64,000 bases of DNA from Lachnospiraceae bacterium UBA2734. GTDB taxonomy: Bacteria > Bacillota > Clostridia > Lachnospirales > Lachnospiraceae. This document shows positions 27,997 through 37,805 of the stretch, piece after piece. Position numbers and translations under genes: made by a program. Numbering within the stretch: position 1 is the first letter of the stretch; the number at the start of each line of letters is the position of its first letter. The notes under the pieces were generated by a model. The model was not told the DNA's origin. It did not search any database and worked only from the letters and a program-made list of their open reading frames with translations. The stretch is taken from assembly GCA_002353635.1 (NCBI GenBank), contig DEKA01000005.1:17146-81145 (forward strand). Direction: 5' to 3'.

Positions 27997-30144
27997 ATGG
28001 GTGTCATTATCATCATGCCGCTTATTGCGGCGCTGAGCATCATCTGCAGGAGACGATTTGAGGAGAGCGCACCGCTCTCTGTTTTCCTTGTCATTCTCCT
28101 GATCTATCTCTCCGGGCTTGTGACGACATTTCTGCCCGGCTTTTATATGGCGCTTGCGATGTGCGCTGCCGGGCTCATTGTCTGCGTGAAGGCACTTCTG
28201 ACAGGAAAGGGCAGGCAGGATCTTCGCACCTATGTCTTTACACCCGGCTTTGCTGCCTACATTGCTGTCCTTATTTTCATGTTCCTTGTCAGCTTCGGCA
28301 GGACATTTACGACGGGGGATGATTACAAGCACTGGGCGCTGGCAGTGAAAAACTACTTCTATTTCAACGATTTTTCCAATGTTCCGGGGGCAGTGGACGC
28401 CTACACATCCTATCAGCCTGCCTCTACAATCTTTGAGTACTGGAACACGAAGCTGTGGACCAACTGCTCACAGGGCATGATGCTCGTCGGAATCGGCGTT
28501 ATGACGCTCTCCCTTCTTCTGCCCTTTATGCGCTTTGTATCGGCAGCCGGGACTGTACGCCAAGACAGCGGGAAGAAGGAAAGGAGAGCACGCTGGTGGG
28601 TCCTTCTTCTCTTCATTTTTGCGCTTCCTCTCTTTACGCAGGGCATGACATATACTTCTCTCCTGGTAGACACGCTCATGGGTTACGAGTCCGCCTATAT
28701 TCTTCTGCAGTATTACAGATACAGAGAGGGCGGAGGCCGATTCTATATTGTGACATACCTTCTGGGCCTCGCTGTGCTGAGCCTCACGAAGGAATTCGGC
28801 ATGATCCTCTCCGGCATGATCCTTCTCTGTGTTCTCTGGAATGAGATCACGCTGCGGCGCAGGGGATTGGCCGGAAAGAAGGAGGTCGCCCGTGCCCTCA
28901 GAATCTTCCTCGCCTGCGGCGTGCTGACGGTTCTTTTTGGTGTGGTGTCCTGGTACAGCTATCTCTCCATTCCGCAGACCGGGGCTGTGCCCGCGCAGGC
29001 GGATACGGGAGCACTCCTGCAGACATATGCTGCCTCAAGAGGAGAAGCGGCATATGTGACTTCGAAAGGCACGGTGACGTCTGCGGCAGGGGCACAGGTT
29101 CTGACCGGTGCCGGCCATTTGGGAGAGATTTTCAGCTTTCTTGCCGGAAGGGGAGACCTGGATCCGAACTATGTGCGCACGATCGCGAGCACGTTCATCA
29201 AGGGCCTCTTCAGTACGGAGAGCGGGTATTCCTTTGGGTATCTTCTTCCCTTCTCTTATGCGGTATTCATCGGTGCGGCGGTTCTGTTCTGGTGCGTCCG
29301 CGGAAGAAGGCATCCCGCTGCGGTTTCAGCCGGCGTCTCCAATGCTGACGGAACCAGGCACACTGCGCATGGGGACGGAGAGGGCAGAGAGCTCTCCGGC
29401 GGTGCTGAGAATATGGCGGCGGCGCAGAAAGCATTTTCCACATCGCAGGTGCTCTATATCGGCTGGATTGTGACCAGTGCGCTGTATCTTCTCTGCCTTC
29501 TTGCATCCTATATTCTACTGTTTCCTCCGAGAGAGGCGGCGTATCTGGGCGCCCTGAATAAGTATCTCTCTTCTCTCGTTGCGCCGACCATCCTTCTTGG
29601 CGTTTGGATGGTCCTCGAGGACTTTGACGGGAAAGTGCCGGTTCACATTCTCTACGGCAGCATTGCCGTCATCCTGTTCGTGACCGTCAACCTCTCCGGA
29701 CTGACTGGAGCGATTCTGGACCGGCCGGAGGAAGTCGTCTTTGCAGGAATTGATCACAACGAGGATCAGGGAGGGCTCACCTTCCACCCCGGGGAGAGAA
29801 TCTATTACATCGACACGGACGATGCGCAGAGAGAGCTCAATATGAAGGCGAGGTTCGGCTATCGCGTCTTTCCGGCGTACTGCAATCAGGGCGGAGCGAA
29901 TATTTTTGACAACTATGTGTTTTATGGCAGCCGCGTGAAGAGCGGTGAGGATCCGGAAAAAGCCTTCGCGGAGATGCTGCAGCAGGACAACTACAGCTAT
30001 GTCTATCTGCAGACTGTCAATGACAGATTCAGAAATGAGCTCTCCGGCGTATTCGATTCTCCTTCTGACATCGGTGACGACCAGCTCTATCAGATCGAGT
30101 GGAAGAGCGATGGCTCCGTGAAGCTTCACCTGATCTATGCCTGA
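27997..30144 (+). CDS. Polytopic membrane protein, putative GT-C glycosyltransferase
   Basis: GDDYKHWA, YQP, LLVD, LTKE.G; many TMs and a soluble C-terminal domain. Confidence 0.55.
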   Translation: MGVIIIMPLIAALSIICRRRFEESAPLSVFLVILLIYLSGLVTTFLPGFYMALAMCAAGLIVCVKALLTGKGRQDLRTYVFTPGFAAYIAVLIFMFLVSFGRTFTTGDDYKHWALAVKNYFYFNDFSNVPGAVDAYTSYQPASTIFEYWNTKLWTNCSQGMMLVGIGVMTLSLLLPFMRFVSAAGTVRQDSGKKERRARWWVLLLFIFALPLFTQGMTYTSLLVDTLMGYESAYILLQYYRYREGGGRFYIVTYLLGLAVLSLTKEFGMILSGMILLCVLWNEITLRRRGLAGKKEVARALRIFLACGVLTVLFGVVSWYSYLSIPQTGAVPAQADTGALLQTYAASRGEAAYVTSKGTVTSAAGAQVLTGAGHLGEIFSFLAGRGDLDPNYVRTIASTFIKGLFSTESGYSFGYLLPFSYAVFIGAAVLFWCVRGRRHPAAVSAGVSNADGTRHTAHGDGEGRELSGGAENMAAAQKAFSTSQVLYIGWIVTSALYLLCLLASYILLFPPREAAYLGALNKYLSSLVAPTILLGVWMVLEDFDGKVPVHILYGSIAVILFVTVNLSGLTGAILDRPEEVVFAGIDHNEDQGGLTFHPGERIYYIDTDDAQRELNMKARFGYRVFPAYCNQGGANIFDNYVFYGSRVKSGEDPEKAFAEMLQQDNYSYVYLQTVNDRFRNELSGVFDSPSDIGDDQLYQIEWKSDGSVKLHLIYA

Positions 30145-30255
30145 ATGCAGATGTCGCCGTTCGCGGTGAGAGCAGGGCATCGTCTCAACGAATCTTCGTG
30201 CGGGGACTGAGAGGACGCTGGATTGAGATCAATGCGGGAGGAGGTTCCGGCAATT

Positions 30256-31512
30256 ATGCGCATTCTTATCGTGAACAAATTTCTCTATCCCAACGGCGGA
30301 TCGGAGACTTATATTTTCGGCCTCGGCAGGGGACTGCAGGCGCTGGGGCATGAAGTGCAGTATTTTGGCATGGAGCATGAGGGACGCATCGTCTCCAACC
30401 GCGTGCAGAGCTATACTGAAGACATCGAGTTCCACGGCGCCGGGATGGCGCAGAAGCTGACCTATCCCGCAAAGATCATCTACTCGAAGGAAGCCAGGAG
30501 AAAAATCCGGCCTGTGCTGGAAGATTTTCAGCCGGATGCTGTGCACCTGAACAACATCAATTTTCAGATCACGCCTTCTGTCATCGACGAGATCAGGGCG
30601 TGGAATCCTGCCTGCCGCATCGTATACACGGCGCACGACGCACAGTGGGTCTGCCCGTGCCACATGCTGCGCATTCCTTCAACTGGAGAGTTCTGCACGC
30701 GCTGCATCGACGGCGCCTATATCAACTGCATGAAAAACCGCTGCATTCACAATTCCAGGGCACGGAGCATCTTCGGCACGATGGAGGCGGAATTCTATAA
30801 AAAGCGCGGAACGTACCGGCTTGTGGATACAATCATCTGCCCGAGCGAATTCATGAACAGGATGCTGAGCCACAATCCGCAGCTGAAGGGCCGGACGGTG
30901 ACACTGCACAATTTTTATGAAAATAAGGGCGCCCTGCAGGATAATTCCGGCGCGGAGAAAGAACTCCTTGACAGAGGAATCTCCAAAAGAGGATATGTCC
31001 TCTATTTTGGCAGATTCTCGCGGGAAAAGGGGGTTCATACACTTCTGCAGGTGTGCAGAGACAATCCCGAAATCCCCTTTGTCTTTGCCGGGAGAGGCGA
31101 ACTGGAAGACGAAGTGAACGCTCTCTCAGGCGCGAATGTCATCAACATGGGCTTTTGCAGCGGCGGCGGGATGCAGCAGCTGATCCGGAACGCCGCCTTC
31201 ACGGTTCTGCCGTCCGAGTGGGGGGAGAACTGTCCATATTCTGTGATGGAGTCACAGATGAACGGAACACCCGTTGTCGGCACGGCTATAGGAGGCATTC
31301 CCGAATTGATAGAGGACGGCACTACGGGTCTTTTGTGCAGACCGTTCGACCCAGCCGCCCTCACTGACAGAATAAGGGCGCTATGGTACAATAAAAATCT
31401 GCAGCGTGAGCTGCAGGCAAATTGTGCGCGTTCTGCCGAAGGACGCGGCGCCGTGCACTATGACACGCTGGAAGAATACTGCGGGAAGATGCTGAAGATC
31501 TACCGGGGATGA
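30256..31512 (+). CDS. GT4 glycosyltransferase with Cys-rich insertion
   Basis: MRILIVNKFLYPNGGSE, GRFSREKG, PSEWGENCPYSVMES, GGIPELI; CPC..CTRC..C..C segment. Confidence 0.9.
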   Translation: MRILIVNKFLYPNGGSETYIFGLGRGLQALGHEVQYFGMEHEGRIVSNRVQSYTEDIEFHGAGMAQKLTYPAKIIYSKEARRKIRPVLEDFQPDAVHLNNINFQITPSVIDEIRAWNPACRIVYTAHDAQWVCPCHMLRIPSTGEFCTRCIDGAYINCMKNRCIHNSRARSIFGTMEAEFYKKRGTYRLVDTIICPSEFMNRMLSHNPQLKGRTVTLHNFYENKGALQDNSGAEKELLDRGISKRGYVLYFGRFSREKGVHTLLQVCRDNPEIPFVFAGRGELEDEVNALSGANVINMGFCSGGGMQQLIRNAAFTVLPSEWGENCPYSVMESQMNGTPVVGTAIGGIPELIEDGTTGLLCRPFDPAALTDRIRALWYNKNLQRELQANCARSAEGRGAVHYDTLEEYCGKMLKIYRG

Positions 31513-31518
31513 ACGGAT

Positions 31519-32409
31519 ATGTCCTATAAAGATAAAATCAAACAGAGAGCCGCAGATCTGGACTATGCCCTCTATGCGCACCATATTTTCGGCATGAAGA
31601 ATCGGATCAGGGTACTGACGATTGACCAGACGCTGGATGATCTGCTGAACACGGACAAGAGTCTGGTGCGCTTTGGAGACGGCGAGATTGTGATGATGAG
31701 GGGGCGCTCTCTTAAGCTCCAGGATCTCAATGCGGAGCTGGTGACAAGGCTCCAGACAATTCTTGGATTTCAGGAAAAGAAGCTCATGGTGGCCATCCCG
31801 GACTGTGTGATGAGCGTAGACGGCTACACGCAGCACGCGAAGGATTTCTGGCGCGACCACCTGCTGTTCTGCAGAAGGTATTATGACCAGTACTGCAACA
31901 GCGTGAAGTATTACGGCAATGCATTTGTGACAAGGTGCTACCGCATGTTCGAGGACAAGACGCCCTGCGCAGACTGGTTTGACAAGTGGCGCCATGTCTT
32001 TGCGGGCCGGCAGCTCGTTGTCGTGGAAGGTGCTGCGACACACGGCGGCGTCGGAGATAATCTTTTCTCTCTCGCACAGTCGGTGGAGAGAATTATTGCG
32101 CCGCCGAGGAATGCGTTTGACCGGTATAAAGATATTCTGAAGGCATGTCAGTCTTACCCGAAGGACAGGCTCTTTCTTCTCTCCATAGGACCTACGGCAA
32201 AGCCTCTCGCGGAGGATCTCTTCTATGCGGGCTACCGCGTCATCGACATCGGCAATCTCGATATGGAATATGAATGGTTTCTGAAGGGTAACACGGACCC
32301 TGTGCCCAAGCTCTCTGTCGATACGATGGCAAAGAGCAGGGAGACGGCAGAGCACGACCCTGCGTTTGCGCAGTACATGGAGGAAGTGCAGAAGGTAATT
32401 GAGCTGTGA
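31519..32409 (+). CDS. GT-D fold (DUF1792) glycosyltransferase
   Basis: SLVRFGDGE, GVGDNLF, IGPTAK, IDIGNLDMEYEWF. Confidence 0.85.
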   Translation: MSYKDKIKQRAADLDYALYAHHIFGMKNRIRVLTIDQTLDDLLNTDKSLVRFGDGEIVMMRGRSLKLQDLNAELVTRLQTILGFQEKKLMVAIPDCVMSVDGYTQHAKDFWRDHLLFCRRYYDQYCNSVKYYGNAFVTRCYRMFEDKTPCADWFDKWRHVFAGRQLVVVEGAATHGGVGDNLFSLAQSVERIIAPPRNAFDRYKDILKACQSYPKDRLFLLSIGPTAKPLAEDLFYAGYRVIDIGNLDMEYEWFLKGNTDPVPKLSVDTMAKSRETAEHDPAFAQYMEEVQKVIEL

Positions 32410-33584
32410 GTCTTGAGGTCCTTTTTTTTACGCATCATCTCTGCGCGGGAGGCGCGGAGAAGACTGTCAGGACACTGGCAGATTATATGAACGGGGATCC
32501 GGAGCTGCGCAGGAAGGTGCATGTGACGGTCTGTGTCGTCTACGATGATCCCGAAAGCCGCGCGGCGATGAAGAGCGAAGTCATTGTGATGAAGAATGCA
32601 TCTGCAGCATCGGATGGAAAAGCCGCCAAGGCGGCGAATGTCCTCAGACAGATGAGAGAGCTCAGGCAGATCAAGAGGGAGCGGCACATTGACGTCTGTG
32701 TGAGCTTCCTGCCCGGCGCTGATTTTCTGAATGTCCATTCCGACGCGGGGGAGAAGAGAATTGTCTCCGTGCGCAATAAGGAATCCCTCTTCACCTGGGG
32801 ACTGCCGAAGAAGCTCTATGTGGAGGATGCCTACCGGCACGCAGACCGGCTGGTGGCGGTGACGGAGATTGTGCGGCAGGACTGCATCTCTTATTTTCAT
32901 GTGCCTCCGGAAAAAGTGGTCACCATACACAACGCGGCGCCTTCGCCTTCACTTGGAAGCGGCGCAGATGCAGCATTCCTCTCGTTTGCGGAGGGAAGAT
33001 TTGTCGTCATGACTGTCGGCAGGCTCCATCCAACAAAAGGGCAGGACCACCTGCTGCGGGCATTTGCGTCTGCTTTTGGAGGGAAGGAGCAATATGGGCT
33101 TGCGCTCATCGGCGGCGGAGAGGAAGAAGAGAGACTCCGTGCGCTGGCGGATGGGCTTGGCATCTCCGGGCAGGTGTATTTTGCCGGCTTTCAGCCGCAT
33201 CCCACAGATTTCCTGGAACATGCGGATCTCTTTGTCCTGCCCTCCAATGTGGAAGGGATGCCGAACGCGGTGATCGAGGCCATGCAGGCAGGAGTTCCCG
33301 TCATCGCGACGGAGTGCGGCGCGCGGGAAATTCTGTCCCCGGATACGGATCCGCTTGTGCAGATAACGGACCGCGCAGATTATGCGCCTTACGGGGTTCT
33401 TGTGCCCGTGTGCGATGCGGGCGATGAGACAGGGCGGGAACAGATCATGGCGGACGCCATGCAGAATCTGGCGCAGGACGCCGCACTGCGCCAGAGATAC
33501 AGGGATTCAGCGGGGGAGAGACTGAAGGATTTTGACATCGGCAGGATCTGCCGCAGATGGATCGAGGTATTTGAGCGTGTCTGA
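32406..33584 (+). CDS. GT4 glycosyltransferase (PglJ/PglH-like)
   Basis: GGAEK, IVSVRN, VGRLHPTKG, PSNVEGMPNAVIEAM; GTG start overlaps the previous stop. Confidence 0.9.
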   Translation: MSLEVLFFTHHLCAGGAEKTVRTLADYMNGDPELRRKVHVTVCVVYDDPESRAAMKSEVIVMKNASAASDGKAAKAANVLRQMRELRQIKRERHIDVCVSFLPGADFLNVHSDAGEKRIVSVRNKESLFTWGLPKKLYVEDAYRHADRLVAVTEIVRQDCISYFHVPPEKVVTIHNAAPSPSLGSGADAAFLSFAEGRFVVMTVGRLHPTKGQDHLLRAFASAFGGKEQYGLALIGGGEEEERLRALADGLGISGQVYFAGFQPHPTDFLEHADLFVLPSNVEGMPNAVIEAMQAGVPVIATECGAREILSPDTDPLVQITDRADYAPYGVLVPVCDAGDETGREQIMADAMQNLAQDAALRQRYRDSAGERLKDFDIGRICRRWIEVFERV

Positions 33585-35337
33585 CGTTTTTAAGGAACTT
33601 GGCTACATTTTCACGAAAAAAGAGAAATTCTACCTGTTCTTTCTTCTGGTGATTATCGTCATCTCCAGCGCGATGGAGCTGCTGGGCGTATCCGCCTTTC
33701 TGCCGTTCATTCAGGTGACAATGAATCCGGAGACGATTCAGAGCAATGCGAAGCTGCGGTTTTTCTATGAACTCCTGGATTTCCGCAATTCGACGGATTT
33801 TCTTGCGGCGATCGCGCTCGTCATTATTTTCATCTTTGTCTTTAAGAATATCTTCCTCGCCTGGGAGAGAAACGAGATCTATAAGTTCTCGTTCGGCCTG
33901 CAGAAGAGAATTTCCGTGCGCCTTCTCACCGCTTACATGAGTGAGCCGTACACGTTTCATCTGAACAAGAATATCTCCGAGATGCAGAGGGCTCTCCTCG
34001 ATGACACGGATCTTGTGGCCAAGCTCATCATTCATGGACTAGAGCTGATCACAGAGGTGCTCGTGTGCGTGATCCTCGGCGTCTATCTCTTCAACGTCAG
34101 CAAGTCCATCACCGTCATCGTCGTCGGGATTCTCCTGATCCTTGTGGTCGGTTTCACTGCTCTTGCCAAGAAGATTTCCGGGACGCTGGGCAAGGAAAAC
34201 CAGAAAAACCGGAGCCTCATTTACCAGTGGATGAACCAGGCTCTCGGCGGCATCAAGGAAGTGAAAGTACTCGGAAGAGAGCAGTTCTTCCTGAACCGCT
34301 ATGAGAAGACATTCCGCGTCTATGTGCGGGATGTGCGCATTGCGCGTCTTGCCGGTGAGCTCCCGCACTTCTTTGTGGAGGCGGCCTGCATGACAGGTCT
34401 TCTCTCCGCCATTATTCTGAAAATGTACTTCGGGCAGAAGTCCTTCCAGGCCTTCATCCCGCAGATGGCCGTGTTCGCAGTTGCGGCTTTCCGGATGCTT
34501 CCTTCGGTCGGCAAGATCAATGAGCACGTGAGCAATGTCCTGTATGACATTCCTTCCCTCAACATCATCTACAGAGATCTTCTCGATGTGGAGCAGGCAC
34601 CGGAGAAGCCAAAGCCGTGCGATCCTTCCTGGAAGCTTCAGAACGGTGTCAGGGTGGAGCATGTATCCTTCCACTATCCGGAAAGCGCAGAGAACATCCT
34701 TGATGATGCCAGCCTCGAGATTCCAAGGGGCAAAACCGTCGCCCTTGTCGGTGCATCCGGCGCCGGAAAGACCACAATGGCGGACCTCATTCTGGGCCTT
34801 CTTACGCCGCAGTTGGGGCATATCTTCGCCGATGATCTGGATATTGTGAAGAACGTGCGCACGTGGCAGAGAGAGATCGGCTACATTCCGCAGGTGATCT
34901 ACCTCTCTGATGATACGATCCGCAACAATATTGCCTTCGGCATCGAGGCGTCCGAGATCGATGAGGACGCAGTGGTGCGGGCGGCAAAGGAGGCACAGCT
35001 CTACGACTTCATCCAGACGCTTCCGGAGGGACTCGATACGCGCGTGGGCGACCGGGGCGTTCGCATCTCCGGAGGACAGCGGCAGAGAATCGGCATTGCA
35101 AGAGCTCTCTACCATGATCCGGAAGTTCTGATCCTGGACGAGGCGACGTCCGCCCTCGACAATGAGACGGAGACCGCTGTTATGGAATCGGTCGATGCGC
35201 TGCACGGACAGAAGACTATGCTCATCATTGCTCACAGACTCTCCACCATCCGCAACGCCGACATCGTCTACGAGATCGGCGGCGGGAAGGCAGCGCTTCG
35301 GGATAAGGAAGAAGTTTTGTCCGGTCAGAAGGATTGA
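33577..35337 (+). CDS. ABC transporter fused permease/ATPase, PglK/Wzk-like lipid-linked glycan flippase
   Basis: Six TMs, LGGIKEVK, FRMLPS, GASGAGKTT, ISGGQRQRIGIARALY, DEATSALD; GTG start at 33577 inferred. Confidence 0.85.
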   Translation: MSDVFKELGYIFTKKEKFYLFFLLVIIVISSAMELLGVSAFLPFIQVTMNPETIQSNAKLRFFYELLDFRNSTDFLAAIALVIIFIFVFKNIFLAWERNEIYKFSFGLQKRISVRLLTAYMSEPYTFHLNKNISEMQRALLDDTDLVAKLIIHGLELITEVLVCVILGVYLFNVSKSITVIVVGILLILVVGFTALAKKISGTLGKENQKNRSLIYQWMNQALGGIKEVKVLGREQFFLNRYEKTFRVYVRDVRIARLAGELPHFFVEAACMTGLLSAIILKMYFGQKSFQAFIPQMAVFAVAAFRMLPSVGKINEHVSNVLYDIPSLNIIYRDLLDVEQAPEKPKPCDPSWKLQNGVRVEHVSFHYPESAENILDDASLEIPRGKTVALVGASGAGKTTMADLILGLLTPQLGHIFADDLDIVKNVRTWQREIGYIPQVIYLSDDTIRNNIAFGIEASEIDEDAVVRAAKEAQLYDFIQTLPEGLDTRVGDRGVRISGGQRQRIGIARALYHDPEVLILDEATSALDNETETAVMESVDALHGQKTMLIIAHRLSTIRNADIVYEIGGGKAALRDKEEVLSGQKD

Positions 35338-35467
35338 GGGGATCTGTCCCTGCGTGCAAAGGTATCCCTGACATAACAGCGGGCAGGACTGCGCATCCGT
35401 ATCTGTCCCTGCCCGGGCGCAGACCCCGGCAGGGAGGAGACCAAGGGCGGGACCGGGAGAAAACCAT

Positions 35468-36763
35468 ATGCGAGTGATGTATATAGCACCCCGCTATCAC
35501 ACGAACCAGGCGGCGGTCATGCGGGGATGGAAGGAGCACGGGGACGAGGTTCTTTTCGTCTCAAGATCGAAGGGCTTTGCGGAGGACTACACTGATATTA
35601 CGCCGGTGATGGTGCCTTACGCAGGAAGCTATCAGAAATTCGAGAAGCTCTACTGTGCACTGAAGAAAAATGATCCGTTTGCACACAATATAGGTCTGCG
35701 GCTGGGGTATCCATCCGGCAGAAGAATAGGGGAGCTGCTGGACAGTTTCCAACCGGATCTCGTAATCCTGCGCGAGAAGTCAGTTTACTCGATTGCCTGT
35801 TACAGACAGTGCAGGTTAAGAGGCATCCGCACACTCCTTTACAACCAGAGCCCGCTCTACGAGGAGCCGGGTGAGATACACGATGATGCAGGGCACCGCC
35901 TGATGGATGCTCTTCTTCCGTTACCACGATTCACGCCTGTGCGCGCGGCAGCGGGATGGACGGTCGGCGAAGACGGCAGACCTGTGCAGATCAAGACGGC
36001 GGGGGAGACGGCCGGCAATGACGGTGAACCTGTGCAGATCAAGGCATCACGGAGCAGAGGGGAGAGCGGGACGGACCATATCACACCCGCGCTGCAGCAG
36101 GCAGTACCTCCGGTGCGAACTCAAAATGCATGGTTTGTTCCTTTTGCAGCGCAGCTGACGAGGAGCCCTGACAGAAAGGATTACTGTCAGGGCGGGCGGA
36201 TCCGCATCCTTGATGTGGGCAAATTCGAGCGCAGAAAGAACCATCTTCTCATGCTGGACGCCTTTGCCAAAGTGCAGCGGGAGATTCCGTCGGCACGGCT
36301 GACAATTGCGGGGCAGGTGAGTGATGATTTTCACAGAGCCTACTATAAAGAGGTGATGGCGCATATTGAGGAGCTTCACCTCTCTGATACAGTCACTGTG
36401 CGCACGAATCTTGACCGCACGCAGATGTATGAGGAGTATGCGCGCACGGACCTCTATGTGTTGCCCAGTACCGGTGAGCCCGCAGCCTTTTCTCCTCTTG
36501 AAGCGATGGCGGAGTCCATTCCTGCCGTATCCGGAACGGGAAACGGCACGGCGGACTACATTGTGCCGGGGGAGTGCGGCAGTATTTTCAGAGATCAGGA
36601 TGTGGAGTGTCTTGCGGCAGCAATTCTCTCCGTGATCAGCGATCCCTCGAACATCCGGCGGATGGGGGAGGGCGCGTATGCGAATATGCGGCAGCATTAC
36701 CAGTTCGTCAATTATTACGATGCGCTGATGCAGATTCTGAAGGCCCAAAATGAACATGGATAA
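35468..36763 (+). CDS. GT4 glycosyltransferase with internal insertion
   Basis: PRYHTNQ, VGKFERRKNH, PSTGEPAAFSPLEAMA. Confidence 0.85.
   Translation: MRVMYIAPRYHTNQAAVMRGWKEHGDEVLFVSRSKGFAEDYTDITPVMVPYAGSYQKFEKLYCALKKNDPFAHNIGLRLGYPSGRRIGELLDSFQPDLVILREKSVYSIACYRQCRLRGIRTLLYNQSPLYEEPGEIHDDAGHRLMDALLPLPRFTPVRAAAGWTVGEDGRPVQIKTAGETAGNDGEPVQIKASRSRGESGTDHITPALQQAVPPVRTQNAWFVPFAAQLTRSPDRKDYCQGGRIRILDVGKFERRKNHLLMLDAFAKVQREIPSARLTIAGQVSDDFHRAYYKEVMAHIEELHLSDTVTVRTNLDRTQMYEEYARTDLYVLPSTGEPAAFSPLEAMAESIPAVSGTGNGTADYIVPGECGSIFRDQDVECLAAAILSVISDPSNIRRMGEGAYANMRQHYQFVNYYDALMQILKAQNEHG
35960..36055 (+). repeat. Coding 48-bp tandem duplication
   Basis: cctgtgcagatcaag at 35981 and 36029; TVGEDGRPVQIK / TAGNDGEPVQIK. 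Confidence 0.85.
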
Positions 36764-37679
36764 ACCGTTTCTGACTATATTGACACCCGCCTACAACCGG
36801 GCGTCGAAGCTCCCATCGCTCTATGCCTCGCTCTGCAGCCAGACAGATAAAGGGTTTGTGTGGCTGGTGGTGGATGACGGGAGCACAGACGGGACAGAGA
36901 ATCTGGTCCGCGGCTTCGCAGAAGAAAAGAGCGGATTCGAAATTGAGTACCTCCGCAAGGAGAACGGGGGCAAGCACACCGCACTGAACCTCGGGATCAG
37001 CCGGGTCCGGACGGAGCTCACTTTTATTGTCGACAGCGATGACCGGCTGACCCCGGGCAGTGCAGTAGCCGCCATTCGGCAGATCAGCAGAGAATATGCG
37101 CCGCGTCGGCAAACTGAGCACCTGTGCGGCTATAGCCTCCTGCGTGTAGATGAACAGGGCACCGTGAATGCGGGCAGTTTTCCGGTAGACGGCGCTATCA
37201 GCACCTACATGGAACAGCGGATCAATGCAGGACTCCTTGGGGATAAGGCAGAGGTATTCTACACTGATGTGCTGCGGCAGTATCCCTTTCCTGTCTTTGC
37301 GAAGGAAAAGTTTCTCCCGGAGGATGCAGTGTGGATGGCCATGTCGCCGCCCTGGAATATGGTTCATCTCAACCGGCCGGTGTATATCTGTGAGTACCTT
37401 GAAGGCGGACTGACAAAGAGCGGCCGCCGCATGAAAATCCATTCGCCCCTCGGGATGATGTACCGCTCGAAGGTTTATCTGGAAAAGGACGGCGTGAAAA
37501 CCAGCGTGCGCCTGAAGATGATGCTTCTGTATCAGATCTACGAGGGCTTTGCCAGGGACCTGTACCGCAGTGGGGAGGAGGCAGAAGGGCGCGTATCCAT
37601 CCGCCGCGGCTTCCTGTACTGGCTCATGTGGGTACCGGGCCGCATCCTCTGCATAATTTGGAAAAAGCGATATGCATGA
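36750..37679 (+). CDS. GT2 glycosyltransferase
   Basis: TPAYNR, VDDGSTD, NGGKH.A.N, VDSDD, GDKAEV, EYLEGGLT. Confidence 0.9.
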   Translation: MNMDKPFLTILTPAYNRASKLPSLYASLCSQTDKGFVWLVVDDGSTDGTENLVRGFAEEKSGFEIEYLRKENGGKHTALNLGISRVRTELTFIVDSDDRLTPGSAVAAIRQISREYAPRRQTEHLCGYSLLRVDEQGTVNAGSFPVDGAISTYMEQRINAGLLGDKAEVFYTDVLRQYPFPVFAKEKFLPEDAVWMAMSPPWNMVHLNRPVYICEYLEGGLTKSGRRMKIHSPLGMMYRSKVYLEKDGVKTSVRLKMMLLYQIYEGFARDLYRSGEEAEGRVSIRRGFLYWLMWVPGRILCIIWKKRYA

Positions 37680-37805
37680 GTGTCTGAGCGCCTCGTCGGC
37701 ATGCCTATGGATATGCGCATTCCGATCGGACAGGTGCAGAGCAGGCAGCACACAGAAAACGTGCCTGTGTCCCGGCGGCAGTATGTAAGGCGGAGAGGTT
37801 ATCCG

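Noticed and set aside
35338-35467. Intergenic hairpin (TCCCTGCC...GGCAGGGA) and 12-bp direct repeat as a REP/MITE or terminator
   Set aside because: No U-tract and no second copy found in the window
37680-37805. Long N-terminal extensions given by the ORF track (also 1293, 2713, 30223, 33532, 45188, 46701, 62581)
   Set aside because: Downstream starts have better RBS or match family N-termini
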